Assembly: GCA_963782055.1 (NCBI GenBank)
Contig: CAWAIF010000003.1
Coordinates: 320,001 to 384,000 of the forward strand
DNA from: an uncultured delta proteobacterium
GTDB taxonomy: Bacteria > Myxococcota_A > Polyangia > Polyangiales > Polyangiaceae
Direction: 5' to 3'
Length of the DNA stretch: 64,000 nt
Shown here: positions 40,883 to 50,673 of the stretch, one piece after another
Layout of the letters: each line of letters starts with the position of its first letter
How positions within the stretch are numbered: position 1 is the first letter of the stretch
Program-made: the position numbers and the translations under genes
The notes under the pieces: model-generated
What the model saw: only the letters and a program-made list of their open reading frames with translations
What the model was told of the DNA's origin: nothing
The model's database searches: none

Positions 40883-41821
40883 CTACTGCGCGACCTCGCT
40901 CATGTCGCGCGGGTAGATGACGGCGTACTTGGTCACCGACCCGTCCGTCGGCGGGACGAACAGCCCGAAGACGCCCGTCACCGAGGTGAACTTGGTCTTC
41001 TGCCCCTGCGTGAGACCGGTGAAGACGCCGCTCGGCAGGAAGTAGGGGCTCAGGCTGACGATGTTGTTGCTGCCGCCGCCGTCGTAGAAGGTGTTGCCCA
41101 GGCCGAAGATCTGCCCCGGCGACTTGGGCGTGCCGGTGACCGAGTCGACCGTCACCAGCAGCGGGCCGATGGTGTCCTCGTACGCGCCCACGGTGAGGTC
41201 GGAGAGCTGCACGCCGGTGATGGGCGTCGCCGTGCCGCTGCCCGTGGTCTTCATGCAGCCCGGGTTGACCTCGTTGACGAAGAGCATCAGCTCGTTCTGG
41301 CCGCCCTGCGTGTTGCGCTGCGCCCAGGCGAGCACGTCCACCTGGTCGTCGACGGCGACGCTCGTGAAGTACTTCGCGGTGTTCTTGGAGACGAAGACCT
41401 GGATGCCGTGCTGGGCGCCGTCCTTCAACGTGGCGTAGGTGAGGTCCTGCTGCAGGTAGAGCAGGCACTCGGTCCCCGCGACGCAGCCGCCCTTGGAGAT
41501 GGCCGTCACGTAGACGCCGCTGATCCACACCTCGGTGAGCTTGCTGGGGTCGTCCGTCCAGACGTCGGGGATGGTCCTGGTGGCGGCCGACTGCGGCTGG
41601 GTGTTGCAGTCCGGCCACTGAAAGCCCGAGGCGTCGGTCGGCGCGGCGTCCTTGCCGGCGTCCACCGGCCCGGCGTCGGGCGGCGCGGCCTCCGGCGCGA
41701 CGGAGTCCGGCGTGCCGCTGTCCTCCGGCAGCGTGATGGCGACGCCGTTTTCGCCGCACGCCCCCGCGCCGGCAATCAGCAGACCACAAACCCCGAAGCC
41801 AAGTGCCCAAGCCGGTCGCAT
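40883..41821 (-). CDS. Lipoprotein of unknown function, possibly tandem OB-folds
   Basis: ATG 41821; lipobox GAGAC; DAG linkers; LYLQQD, VAVDDQVDV, FTSVTGVF, IYPRDMSE. Confidence 0.75.
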   Translation of the reverse strand: MRPAWALGFGVCGLLIAGAGACGENGVAITLPEDSGTPDSVAPEAAPPDAGPVDAGKDAAPTDASGFQWPDCNTQPQSAATRTIPDVWTDDPSKLTEVWISGVYVTAISKGGCVAGTECLLYLQQDLTYATLKDGAQHGIQVFVSKNTAKYFTSVAVDDQVDVLAWAQRNTQGGQNELMLFVNEVNPGCMKTTGSGTATPITGVQLSDLTVGAYEDTIGPLLVTVDSVTGTPKSPGQIFGLGNTFYDGGGSNNIVSLSPYFLPSGVFTGLTQGQKTKFTSVTGVFGLFVPPTDGSVTKYAVIYPRDMSEVAQ

Positions 41822-41959
41822 CGGCGGGCGATGTAGCACATGGCTGGGGTGGACGCCCGCCGGGAAGGGGCACGGGCAGGGCGACGAAGCGCGGGGCGGG
41901 GACAGGGGCCTTGCTGGGGGCCCAAGAACCATGGGAAAAGGCGGGTCCCAGGAGGAACC

Positions 41960-43093
41960 ATGGGACGCTCTCCCGGCATCGCCGCCTTCGTGCTCGCCCT
42001 CGCCGCCGCTTGTGGCGGGGCCGCCTCGCAAGAGACCACCGTGGCACCCGCACCGAGCGCGGCGCCCTCCGCCACCGCCCCGGGGGCCACGGCGTCGGCC
42101 TCCGCGACCCCGGCGCCCAGCGCCTCCGCCGCCACCCCGCCGAAGCCGGCCAAGTCCGCCGCGTGCGTCGCCCTGGACGCCGAGCGCGCGCCCGTCGTCG
42201 CGCGCATGCGCGCCATGGCCGAGTCGAAGGACCCGCTCAGCCGCGCCGCCGCCATGGGCGACGACGTCCGCACGGCCTTCGCCGAGTGCAAGGAGACGAA
42301 GTCGGGCGGCGCGTGGGGCCTCGGGATCAAGGACCTGACGGAGGACGAGGTGCTCCACGGGTTCCAGGCGCGCGCGGTCGCCTGGCACGTGGACGACAAG
42401 GGCGCGAAGACGTCCTTCGTCCTTCCGTCCCTCCTCAAGCGCCTGGGCGACAAGAGCTTCCAGAGCCACGACAACGACCGCGTCGTCTTCGACGCCCTCA
42501 CCACCTTCGATTTCGACGGCGACGGCGAGGAGGAGCTCATCGTCGCCGGTCACGACCAGACGAAGGAGGGCCCGCGCGAGCCCATCAGCTACATCGTCAC
42601 CGTGAAGAACGGGAAGGCGACCGCCTACGCGCCGGCGGCGGGCATCCTCTTCTTCCGGACCGAGGACATCGATCACGACGGCCGCCCCGACCTGGTCACC
42701 TACGGGCCGTACCGGGCCCACACGGGTGCGCGCTGCAACGACGCGCCCACCGCCTTCAACGGCCCGGCGATGCTCGCCCACTCCCTCACCGACGGCACCT
42801 TCTCGCTGACCGACGGCGTGGCCATCGGCTTCGCCAAGCAGGCGTGCGACCACGCGGGCTTCACCGTCGCCCGCGATGATCAGAAGAACGTCGACGACGA
42901 GCAGACGCTGGTCAACATCGCGTGCGCGCGGCTCTGGGGGATGAGCGCCTCGCAGGCGGTCACGGAGGTCGCCAAGAACTGCCGCGTCCTCACCGGCGAC
43001 GCTGCCTGCAAGGAGACCGCGCTGCAGTACTGCGTGTACCCCAAGGAGATGAAGGCGTGGGCGAAGGTCAACCCGCCGCTCCGCCTGAAGTAG
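41960..43093 (+). CDS. Cys-containing lipoprotein with FG-GAP-like Ca-binding loops
   Basis: GGAGGA RBS; lipobox LAAAC; DFDGDGEEELIV and DIDHDGRPDLV. Confidence 0.78.
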   Translation: MGRSPGIAAFVLALAAACGGAASQETTVAPAPSAAPSATAPGATASASATPAPSASAATPPKPAKSAACVALDAERAPVVARMRAMAESKDPLSRAAAMGDDVRTAFAECKETKSGGAWGLGIKDLTEDEVLHGFQARAVAWHVDDKGAKTSFVLPSLLKRLGDKSFQSHDNDRVVFDALTTFDFDGDGEEELIVAGHDQTKEGPREPISYIVTVKNGKATAYAPAAGILFFRTEDIDHDGRPDLVTYGPYRAHTGARCNDAPTAFNGPAMLAHSLTDGTFSLTDGVAIGFAKQACDHAGFTVARDDQKNVDDEQTLVNIACARLWGMSASQAVTEVAKNCRVLTGDAACKETALQYCVYPKEMKAWAKVNPPLRLK

Positions 43094-43100
43094 GCGCGTC

Positions 43101-43838
43101 GTGACGCGCAGCATCGCGGAGCACTACGAGCTCCACCTCGCCGAGCACTACTCCTGGCTCTTCGGCGGCCTGCCCGGTCGCGTCGCGGAGAACCGCGCCC
43201 TCTTCGAGAGGCTGGGCCTGCACCCCGCGGGCGGCAAGAAGGCGCTGGACGTCGGCTCCGGGTCCGGCTTCCAGACGCTGCCGCTGGCGCAGATGGGCTA
43301 CGAGGTGACCGCGGTCGACCTGAGCAAGCTCCTGCTCGAGGAGCTCGCCTCCCACGCGCAGGGCCTCGCCGTCACCACCGTCCACGACGACATCCTGCGG
43401 TGGATCGAGACCGCGCCGAAGGACTTCGAGCTCGCGGTGTGCATGGGCGACACGCTCACGCACCTGGTCCAGTTCGGCGACGTGCAGCGCCTGCTGCGGG
43501 AGGTTCACCGCGTGCTCGTCCCCGGCGGCAGGTTCGTCCTCGCCTTCCGCGACTACACCCACGCCCTGCAGGGCGCCGACCGCTTCATCCCGGTGCGCGG
43601 CGACGAGCACATCCTGTTCTCTTGCTTCCTCGAGTACGAGGGCGATCACGTTCGCGTCTACGACATCCTGCAGCAGCGCGACGGCGACGCGGGCTGGACG
43701 ATGAAGGTGAGCGCGTACCGGAAGCTGCGCATCGCCCGCGGGTGGGTGGAGAAGCGCGCGGCGGAGGTGGGGTTCGAGGTGCGCTCGAGCGGGGACGAGC
43801 AGGGGATGGTGATGCTCGTGTTGAAGAAGAAGGATTGA
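43101..43838 (+). CDS. Class I SAM-dependent methyltransferase
   Basis: ALDVGSGSG, VTAVDLS, CMGDTLTHL, LVPGGRFV. Confidence 0.9.
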   Translation: MTRSIAEHYELHLAEHYSWLFGGLPGRVAENRALFERLGLHPAGGKKALDVGSGSGFQTLPLAQMGYEVTAVDLSKLLLEELASHAQGLAVTTVHDDILRWIETAPKDFELAVCMGDTLTHLVQFGDVQRLLREVHRVLVPGGRFVLAFRDYTHALQGADRFIPVRGDEHILFSCFLEYEGDHVRVYDILQQRDGDAGWTMKVSAYRKLRIARGWVEKRAAEVGFEVRSSGDEQGMVMLVLKKKD

Positions 43839-43844
43839 GAGAGG

Positions 43845-44016
43845 AGGAGGGGGGCCCCTCCTGGGTTCGTGCTCCGGCTCATGCTCGCGTGCTCGGCCGC
43901 GACGCGCGTGCACGAACGCCGCGCCGCTCGCGGCCTGCGCGCGCTGCGCGTGAGCCGTGCGCGCGAACCCTCCTCCCCTCGGCCATCGCTCCGCTCGGCC
44001 GGGGAGGAGGGTGCTC
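43845..44016 (+). repeat. ~170-bp intergenic repeat, copy B
   Basis: 5' hairpin AGGAGGGG-GG-CCCCTCCT; 3' inverted repeat CCCTCCTCCCC...GGGGAGGAGGG; long identical blocks shared with copy C. Confidence 0.85.
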
Positions 44017-44043
44017 CATCCTGCGCCGGCCTCGGCGAGAGGG

Positions 44044-45090
44044 TTACAGGACCCCCCGGCGCTGCTGGTCGCGCTCGATCGACCGGAACAGCGCCCCGAA
44101 GTTCCCCTCGCCGAACGCCAGGTGGTTCCGGCGCTGGATGATCTCGATGAAGATCGGTCCGATGAGGTTCCTGGTGAAGATCTGCAGCAGGTAGCCGTCC
44201 TCGTCGCCGTCGACGAGCACGTTGCGCCGGGCGATCTCCGCGTGGTCCTCCCTCACGTTGGGCACGCGACCGAAGACCTCGCCGTAGTAGCCGTCCTCGA
44301 TGTCCAGGAAGGAGACGGGCGTGCCCTCCAGCTTCGCCAGCGAGCCGAGGATGTCGTCCGTCAGGAACGCGAGGTGCTGGATGCCCGGGCCGCGGTACTC
44401 CTCGATGTACTCGTTGATCTGGCTCCGCTTCTCCTCCGCCTCGTTGATGGGGATGCAGAACCTCCCGCACGGCGAGCGCAGCGCGTAGGACGTCAGGCCC
44501 GTCTTGACGCCGCGGATGTCGAAGTAGCGCACCTCGGTGAAGCCGAAGACGTCCTTGTAGAAGCTCGCCCACTCCGCCATCGTCCCCTTCTCGACGTTGT
44601 TGGTCAGGTGGTCGATGACGGTGAAGCCCTTGGGCTCCACGCGGTCCGGGTTGTCCAGCGGCACGAAGCCGAGCCGCGCGTAGCGCATGGCGTCGCCGGC
44701 GTCGTCGACGAAGTAGATGAGGCTCTCGCCGATGCCGAAGATCGCCGGCACCCGCGCCTTGCCGCGAAGCAGGTCCCCGCTCGCCGCGCGCGCGCCGCGC
44801 GAGACGGCCTCCTCCATCGCGCGGGTGCCCGTGTGCGTGGTGCGCCAGCCCATGGAGCAGATGCTCGGGCCGTGGCGACGCCGGAAGTCGTCGGCGAAGC
44901 TCCCGGGCTCGCGGCTCAGCAGGAAGCGAATGTCGTTCTGCTCGTAGAGGTCGATCGCCTTGCGCCCGTGGCGCGCCACGCGCGAGAAGCCGAACGCCAG
45001 AAAGAGGCGGTGCAGCGCGTCGGGGTCGGGCGACGCGAACTCCACGAACTCGATGCCGTCCAGGCCGACCGGGTTGATGGGGGTGCTCAT
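44044..45090 (-). CDS. hppD: 4-hydroxyphenylpyruvate dioxygenase
   Basis: GIEFVEFA, IDHLTNNV, GIQHLAF, LLQIFT, FIEIIQR, FGEGNFGALF. Confidence 0.96.
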   Translation of the reverse strand: MSTPINPVGLDGIEFVEFASPDPDALHRLFLAFGFSRVARHGRKAIDLYEQNDIRFLLSREPGSFADDFRRRHGPSICSMGWRTTHTGTRAMEEAVSRGARAASGDLLRGKARVPAIFGIGESLIYFVDDAGDAMRYARLGFVPLDNPDRVEPKGFTVIDHLTNNVEKGTMAEWASFYKDVFGFTEVRYFDIRGVKTGLTSYALRSPCGRFCIPINEAEEKRSQINEYIEEYRGPGIQHLAFLTDDILGSLAKLEGTPVSFLDIEDGYYGEVFGRVPNVREDHAEIARRNVLVDGDEDGYLLQIFTRNLIGPIFIEIIQRRNHLAFGEGNFGALFRSIERDQQRRGVL

Positions 45091-45091
45091 C

Positions 45092-46216
45092 TCAGCGCTT
45101 CTCCTTCTTCGTCTGCCAGCTCTTCCAGTAGTCCTGCAGCTCCACCCCGGCGGCCTCGGCGGTCGGGCGAAGCGGGCGTCGCGTGTCCACCATCACCGCG
45201 ACCTCCTCGGTGCGCGCCGCCCCCCGCGCGCGCTCCTGCGCGCCTCCCTGCGGGCCGTGGTGGATGCCCTGCGGGTGGAAGGTGAGCATGCCGGGGCGGA
45301 TGCCCTCGCGGCTGAAGAACTGGCCGGAGTGGTAGAAGAGCACCTCGTCGAAGTCGATGTTGGAGTGGTAGAAGGGCACCTTCATCGCCACCGGATCGCC
45401 GTTCTCCAGCGGGCGCGGGGCGAAGGTGCAGATCACCACACCCTCGGCGAGGTAGGTCGTGTGGGCCGAGGGCGGCAGGTGGTAGCGGTCGCTGGAGACC
45501 GGGCGGATGTCGCGCACGTTGAGCTGCGTCGGCGCGAGGGTGCCCTTCCAGCCGACGGTGTCGATGGGGCTGTGCGGGTAGAAGACGCGCGTCAGCTCCC
45601 CCTCCCGCTGGACGCGCAGCTCGTACTCGCCGTCGGCGTTGGGGCTCGCGGTGGAGTCCTCCCCCGGCGTGGGGACGCGGATCACCGCAGGGTCGAAGAG
45701 GGCGTGCTGCCCGAGCATGCCGCGGTCGGGCACACCGAGCTCGCCCGTCGCCTCCACGATCAGCGCGCGCGTGGGGCTGGTCGGCGCGAGCCGGTACACC
45801 GTGCCGCGCGGGACGAGCAGGTAGTCCCCCGCCTCGTAGGCGAGCGGGCCGAAGTCGGTCTCCATCCGTCCGGCGCCGGCGTGGACGAAGAGCAGCTCGT
45901 CGGCGTCGGCGTTGCGGAAGAAGTACGGCGCGGGCGCGCGCAGGTCGGCGACGTGGAGGCGCACGTCGGCGTTGTGCAGCAGGCACCGGCGCGCGGCGAG
46001 CCAGTCACCTTCGCCCGGCTCGAGGCGGTTGGCGTCGTAGGCGCGCGGGCGCAGCGGCCCCTCGATGCGTGTCCAGCCGACGGGCGCGTGCTTGCGGTAC
46101 AGGTGCGCGTAGCGCCCGAAGAAGCCGCCGCGCGCGTACTCCTCTTCCACGGTGCCCTCGGGCACCCCGACGTGCGCCTGCGCGGCGACGCGACCACGGA
46201 CGTAAGGGATCTGCAT
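45092..46216 (-). CDS. hmgA: Homogentisate 1,2-dioxygenase
   Basis: ATG 46216 after GGAGGA; FFRNADADELLFVH, VGWKG, HLPPSAH, PFYHSNIDFDE, HPQGIHHGP; adjacent to hppD. Confidence 0.9.
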   Translation of the reverse strand: MQIPYVRGRVAAQAHVGVPEGTVEEEYARGGFFGRYAHLYRKHAPVGWTRIEGPLRPRAYDANRLEPGEGDWLAARRCLLHNADVRLHVADLRAPAPYFFRNADADELLFVHAGAGRMETDFGPLAYEAGDYLLVPRGTVYRLAPTSPTRALIVEATGELGVPDRGMLGQHALFDPAVIRVPTPGEDSTASPNADGEYELRVQREGELTRVFYPHSPIDTVGWKGTLAPTQLNVRDIRPVSSDRYHLPPSAHTTYLAEGVVICTFAPRPLENGDPVAMKVPFYHSNIDFDEVLFYHSGQFFSREGIRPGMLTFHPQGIHHGPQGGAQERARGAARTEEVAVMVDTRRPLRPTAEAAGVELQDYWKSWQTKKEKR

Positions 46217-46279
46217 CTCCGGTCCTCCTGACGGCTCGACGTGTCGAGTCTGAGGGCGGGCCCGCGTGAAAAACAGAAC

Positions 46280-46314
46280 ATAGATTGGCGATAGATTGTC
46301 CAATTATTGAACAA
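46280..46314. promoter_or_regulatory. Putative LysR binding region
   Basis: TTGTCCAAT-T-ATTGAACAA inverted repeat (46296-46314, one mismatch) plus an ATAGATTG direct repeat (46280, 46291) in the AT-rich divergent gap. Confidence 0.6.
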
Positions 46315-46329
46315 AGCTAGGATGCCTTC

Positions 46330-47214
46330 GTGAGCATCACCCTCGATCAGGCGCGCGCCCTCGACGCGCTGGACCGCGGCGGCACCTTCGAGCGCGCCGC
46401 CGCCGCCCTGCACAAGGGCCACACCGCGGTGCTCTACGCCCTGCGCACCATGGAGGAGCAGCTCGGCCTGACCCTGCTCGACCGCCGCGGCTACCGGACG
46501 AAGCTGACGCCGGAGGGGCAGCGCGTCCTGGAGCACGCGCGCAAGCTGCTCGACGCCGAGCGCGCGCTGGAGGACGCGTGCACCGAGATCAAGCAGGGCT
46601 GGGAGCCGCGGCTGCGCCTGGTGTTCGACGGCATCTTCCCGACGCACCCCATCCTGCGCGTGGTGGAGGAGATGGCGCGCGCCGGCGCGAAGACGCGCAT
46701 CGACGTGTCCACCGGGTTCCTCGCCGGCGTGGAGGAGACCTTCCGGCAGGAGGACGCCGAGTTGATGATCAGCGTGCTGCCGCCCGCCGCAGCCGACCTG
46801 CGGGCGGTGCGTCTCGCCCCCATCCGCGCCGTGCTCGTCGCCCACCGCGGGCACCCGCTCGTCGCCGGGGACCGCGAGCTCACGGCGGAGCAGCTCGCCG
46901 CCCACATGCTCATCACCGTGCGCGGGTCGGACCCGCGGCTGCAGCTCAGCACCGCGGGCATCGAGCCGCCCATCGCCGTGCGGTTGAACGACTTCCAGGC
47001 GAAGAAGGCCGCCATCCTGAGCGGGCTGGGCTTCGGGTGGATGCCGGAGTACCTGGTGGCGGCGGAGCTCCGGCGCGGCGTGCTCCGGCGCGTGCGCTGG
47101 CGCGCGGCGAGCGTGCACGTCTTCGAGCCGCGCCTCTACCACCGCACGGGCGCGCGCCTGGGCCGCGCCGCGCAGCTCGTGGTGCAGCGCCTGCGAGAGG
47201 ACGCGAAGCGGTGA
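46330..47214 (+). CDS. LysR-family transcriptional regulator
   Basis: GTFERAAAALHKGHTAVLYALRTMEEQLG..LLDR..YRTKLT; GLGFGWMP. Confidence 0.93.
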   Translation: MSITLDQARALDALDRGGTFERAAAALHKGHTAVLYALRTMEEQLGLTLLDRRGYRTKLTPEGQRVLEHARKLLDAERALEDACTEIKQGWEPRLRLVFDGIFPTHPILRVVEEMARAGAKTRIDVSTGFLAGVEETFRQEDAELMISVLPPAAADLRAVRLAPIRAVLVAHRGHPLVAGDRELTAEQLAAHMLITVRGSDPRLQLSTAGIEPPIAVRLNDFQAKKAAILSGLGFGWMPEYLVAAELRRGVLRRVRWRAASVHVFEPRLYHRTGARLGRAAQLVVQRLREDAKR

Positions 47215-47217
47215 CGC

Positions 47218-48661
47218 TCAGTGCAGCGCCGGCGGCGGCACCCAGCCGCCCAGCTCCTCCTCCAGCACCCGCGCCACCGCGATGCTCACCGCGTCCTGCC
47301 CGCGGCGCGTGGCGACCTGCACGCCGAGGGGGATGCCCTTGCGGTCCAGCCCGGTCGGCACCTGCGTCACCGGCATCTCCAGCGCGTTGAAGATTGCAGT
47401 ATACATCCACTGGATGGGGAACAGGATGGGCGTGTGGTGGCGCGGCGCGGTGCGCGTGTACGGCGCGAAGAGCAGCACGCCGCGGGGGCCGAGGGCGTCG
47501 TCGATCTCGGCGTAGAGGCGGTCGGCGGTGCGCTGGGCGCGCGCCGGATCGCTCGCGCCGACCAGGCCGGGCGCGCTCTCCAGCAGCGCCAGGCCGATGG
47601 CCGGCAGGGTGTGGTCGGAGCGCCGGGCGATCCATCGCGCGAGCTCACGCCCCGGCGAGAGCGGGCTGCCGTCGCCCATCAGCTCGGCGAAGCTGGGGCC
47701 GCCGGCGGCGCTCATCAGCGCCGACCAGACCTGCAGCGAGGCCTTGAAGCGCGGGCTCGTCCAGCGGCGCACGCGGGCCCCGCGGCGCGCGAGGGCCGCG
47801 ACGCAGCGCTCCTGCGCGTCGCGGAGCTCCGTCGAGACGCGCAGGCGCCCGTTGTCCGGCACGTCCAGCACCGTGAGGTCGGCGACGCGCACCTCGTCCG
47901 GGTCGCCGCGCAGGGGCACGTCGCACGCCTCGTCCTCGCCGTCCGGCCCGGCGATCACGCGCAGCAGCGGCCAGAGGTCCTCCGCGCGCCGGGCGAGCGG
48001 GCCGGTGGTGAGGTAGCGGCGCGCCTTGCCGTGCGAGGTGGGAAACTGCCCGGTGCAGGGCACCAGTCCGCCCGTCGGCTTGTGCCCGAAGACGCCGTTG
48101 AAGAAGGCCGGCATGCGGATGGATCCGCCCACGTCCGACCCGAGGCCGAAGGGCGAGGCGCCCGCCCCGATGATCGCGCCCTCGCCGCCGGAGCTGCCGC
48201 CCACGATGCGGCGCGGGTCGTACGGGTTGTTGGTGCGCCCGTAGACCACGTTGCTGGACTCCATCCACATGCAGAGCTCGGAGACGTTGGTCACGCCGAG
48301 GGGGATCGCGCCCGCGGCGCGCAGGCGCGCGACGGTGGTGGCGTCGAAGGAGCAGCGCTGCCCGGCGCGCGAGCGCAGGCCGGCGGTGCGCGGCATGCCG
48401 GAGAGGGCGAAGCACTCCTTGATGGTGCACGGCACCCCGGAGAAGGGCCCCTCGGGCTCCTCCCCGCGGGCGAGGCGGGCATCGGCCGCCCGCGCCTCGT
48501 CCATCGCCGCGGCGAAGCGGTCGGCGACCACCGCGTTGAGGGTGGGGTTGACCGCGCGGACGCGCTCGATGTGCGCGGCGACGACGCGCTCGCTCGTCAC
48601 CTCGCGCGCGCGGATGCGCGCCGCCAGTCGTACGCCCGACTCGTACAGGAGAGGAATCCAT
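47218..48661 (-). CDS. Amidase signature family enzyme
   Basis: GVPCTIKE, GGSSGG, GSDVGGSIRMPA. The clean ORF is 47218..48600; the probable real start is ATG 48661 with a 1-nt frameshift. Confidence 0.9.
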
Positions 48662-48667
48662 CGGCCT

Positions 48668-49189
48668 CTACCCCGGCGCGAAGACCGCCCGGAAGCGTAC
48701 CGTCACCGCGTCCTTGAGCTTGATGGCGCCCATCGGCACGCGCGGCTTGCCGGTGCCGAGCTTCGCGAGGGACAGCTCGCAGCTGCCGGTGACGATCTTG
48801 CGGCCGTCCTCCTCGGCCACCGCCACGCCGGGCGTGACCGACTGGGTGCCCTTCGGGCCGGTGATCTCGATGCGTGCCTGGCCGCCGTCCAGGCTGGCGC
48901 GCACCTCCACGTGATCCACGCCGGAGAACACCTCGTCCCGGATGCGCCCCTCGATGTCGCGCGCGTCGGACGAGGAGGGCGGGTGCCACTCGCTCTTTCC
49001 GTGCCGGCGCGACTCGACGACCTTCATCGCGGAGACCGGGAAGCGCACCACGGCGGAGGCGCCGTCCTCGCTCGAGCCGGCGGCGCCGGGGGCGGCGACG
49101 TGCAGATCGTGGGCGAGCGCGGAGAGCAGGCCGTCGGCGATGGTCTCGACGAGGATCTCGCTCCGCTCGGCGTCGTAGACGAGCGTCAT
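48668..49189 (-). CDS. YceI-like small beta-barrel protein
   Basis: ATG 49189 overlaps the upstream stop; GLLSALAHDL and MGAIKLKDAVTVRF motifs. Confidence 0.65.
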   Translation of the reverse strand: MTLVYDAERSEILVETIADGLLSALAHDLHVAAPGAAGSSEDGASAVVRFPVSAMKVVESRRHGKSEWHPPSSSDARDIEGRIRDEVFSGVDHVEVRASLDGGQARIEITGPKGTQSVTPGVAVAEEDGRKIVTGSCELSLAKLGTGKPRVPMGAIKLKDAVTVRFRAVFAPG

Positions 49190-49539
49190 CCTGCCTTCTC
49201 CTCCGCGGGCGGCGAAGGCGGCTTCTTCGGCGGCGGGGTGTAGCCCTTGGGTACCTTGAGCTTCGGCTTCTTCGGGTGCGGCTTGTAGAGCAGCACGGTG
49301 CGGCCGATCACCTGCACCAGCTCCGCGCCGGTGCCGGCGGCGAGCGCCTCGCCCACCGCGCGCCGCTCCTCCGGCGCCTCCGGGAGCACCTTCACCTTGA
49401 TCAGCTCGTGGTCGAGCAGGGCCCGGGCGACCTGCGCGACGACCGGCGGCGTGATCCCGGCCTTGCCGACGTGAACGACGGGGGTGAGCGGGTGGCCGAG
49501 GGCGCGGAGGGATCGGGCGGCGGATCCGGTGAGGGGCAT
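49186..49539 (-). CDS. yhbY: YhbY-family (CRM domain) RNA-binding protein
   Basis: LRALGHPLTPVVHVGKAG, HELIKVK, VQVIGRTVLLYK. Confidence 0.92.
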   Translation of the reverse strand: MPLTGSAARSLRALGHPLTPVVHVGKAGITPPVVAQVARALLDHELIKVKVLPEAPEERRAVGEALAAGTGAELVQVIGRTVLLYKPHPKKPKLKVPKGYTPPPKKPPSPPAEEKAG

Positions 49540-49774
49540 GGGGTGGGGGGTTATAGCAGCCCCTCCTGGCTCGTGCTCGGGCGCGTCCTCCCGCGGCGTG
49601 AGGCGGTGAGCATGCCGTGGGCGCGGACCGCGGTTCACCACCGGGCGCAGGATTCCGGGATGCTGGCGGCACTCGGAGGTATCGGTCATGCCCGAGGCAT
49701 GACCTCCGGTCGCCCGCCGCGGGGTCAAGTAGAGCAAACACGTCAGACGCCGCGCCGCCCACCGTCCTCCACCC

Positions 49775-50617
49775 ATGAACCTGCACCATCACCCCACGGG
49801 CGCCGCGCTGCTGGAGCGCGCAGGCGACTTCCTCCGCCGGCGCGAGACGGTGCACGCCCTGCTGCTCACCCTCGCCGCGCGGGCGCCGGAGCCGGGAGCG
49901 GCGCCGTACTACCTCGCCACCGTGGAGGATGACGCGGGCGTCGCGCTGGTGGCGCTGCGGACGCCGCCGCACGGGGTGGTGCTGAGCGCGCTGCGGGAGG
50001 GCGCGCCGGACGCCGCGATCGACCTCGTCGTGGAGGACCTCGCGCGCCGCGGCGGCGGGCTGCCCGGCGCCTTCGGTCCGCTGGAGGTGGCCGTGGAGCT
50101 CTCGCGGCGCTGGGAGGCGGCGACCGGCGCACGCGCCCGCGTGCGGCTGCGGATGAGCGTCCTCGAGCTGGACCGCGTCATCGCGCCCGCGTGGCCGCCG
50201 GGGGAGCTGCGCCTCGCGACGGAGCGCGACCTCGACCTCCTGGTGCCGTGGAGCAACGCCTTCATCGACGAGTGCGGGCTGCCGGAGGAGGACCGCCGGA
50301 TGGCGACGCGCGCGGCGATCACGCGGCGGATCGGCAACGGCCTGTTCCGCGTCTGGTCGGTGGACGGCGTGGCGGTGACCATGGCGGTGGGGGGCTCCGG
50401 CTCGCCCGCGCGCGTCGGCTCGGTCTACACGCCGCCGGCGCTGCGACGGCGCGGCTACGCGTCGGCGTGCGTGGCGAAGCTGAGCCAGGAGCTGCTCGAC
50501 CGCGGCGCGGGCAAGGTGGTGCTGAGCGCCGACGCGGCGAACCCCACGTCGAACGAGATCTACGCGGCGATCGGCTTCCGGAAGGTGGGGGACGAGGCGA
50601 TGATCGCGTTCGGGTAG
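49775..50617 (+). CDS. GNAT-family acetyltransferase
   Basis: VYTPPALRRRGYAS, NPTSNEIYAAIGF. Confidence 0.9.
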   Translation: MNLHHHPTGAALLERAGDFLRRRETVHALLLTLAARAPEPGAAPYYLATVEDDAGVALVALRTPPHGVVLSALREGAPDAAIDLVVEDLARRGGGLPGAFGPLEVAVELSRRWEAATGARARVRLRMSVLELDRVIAPAWPPGELRLATERDLDLLVPWSNAFIDECGLPEEDRRMATRAAITRRIGNGLFRVWSVDGVAVTMAVGGSGSPARVGSVYTPPALRRRGYASACVAKLSQELLDRGAGKVVLSADAANPTSNEIYAAIGFRKVGDEAMIAFG

Positions 50618-50673
50618 GGGGGCCACACGAGCGAGGCGCGGCGCGGGATCGCGACGAGGTATCCTCCGACGCG

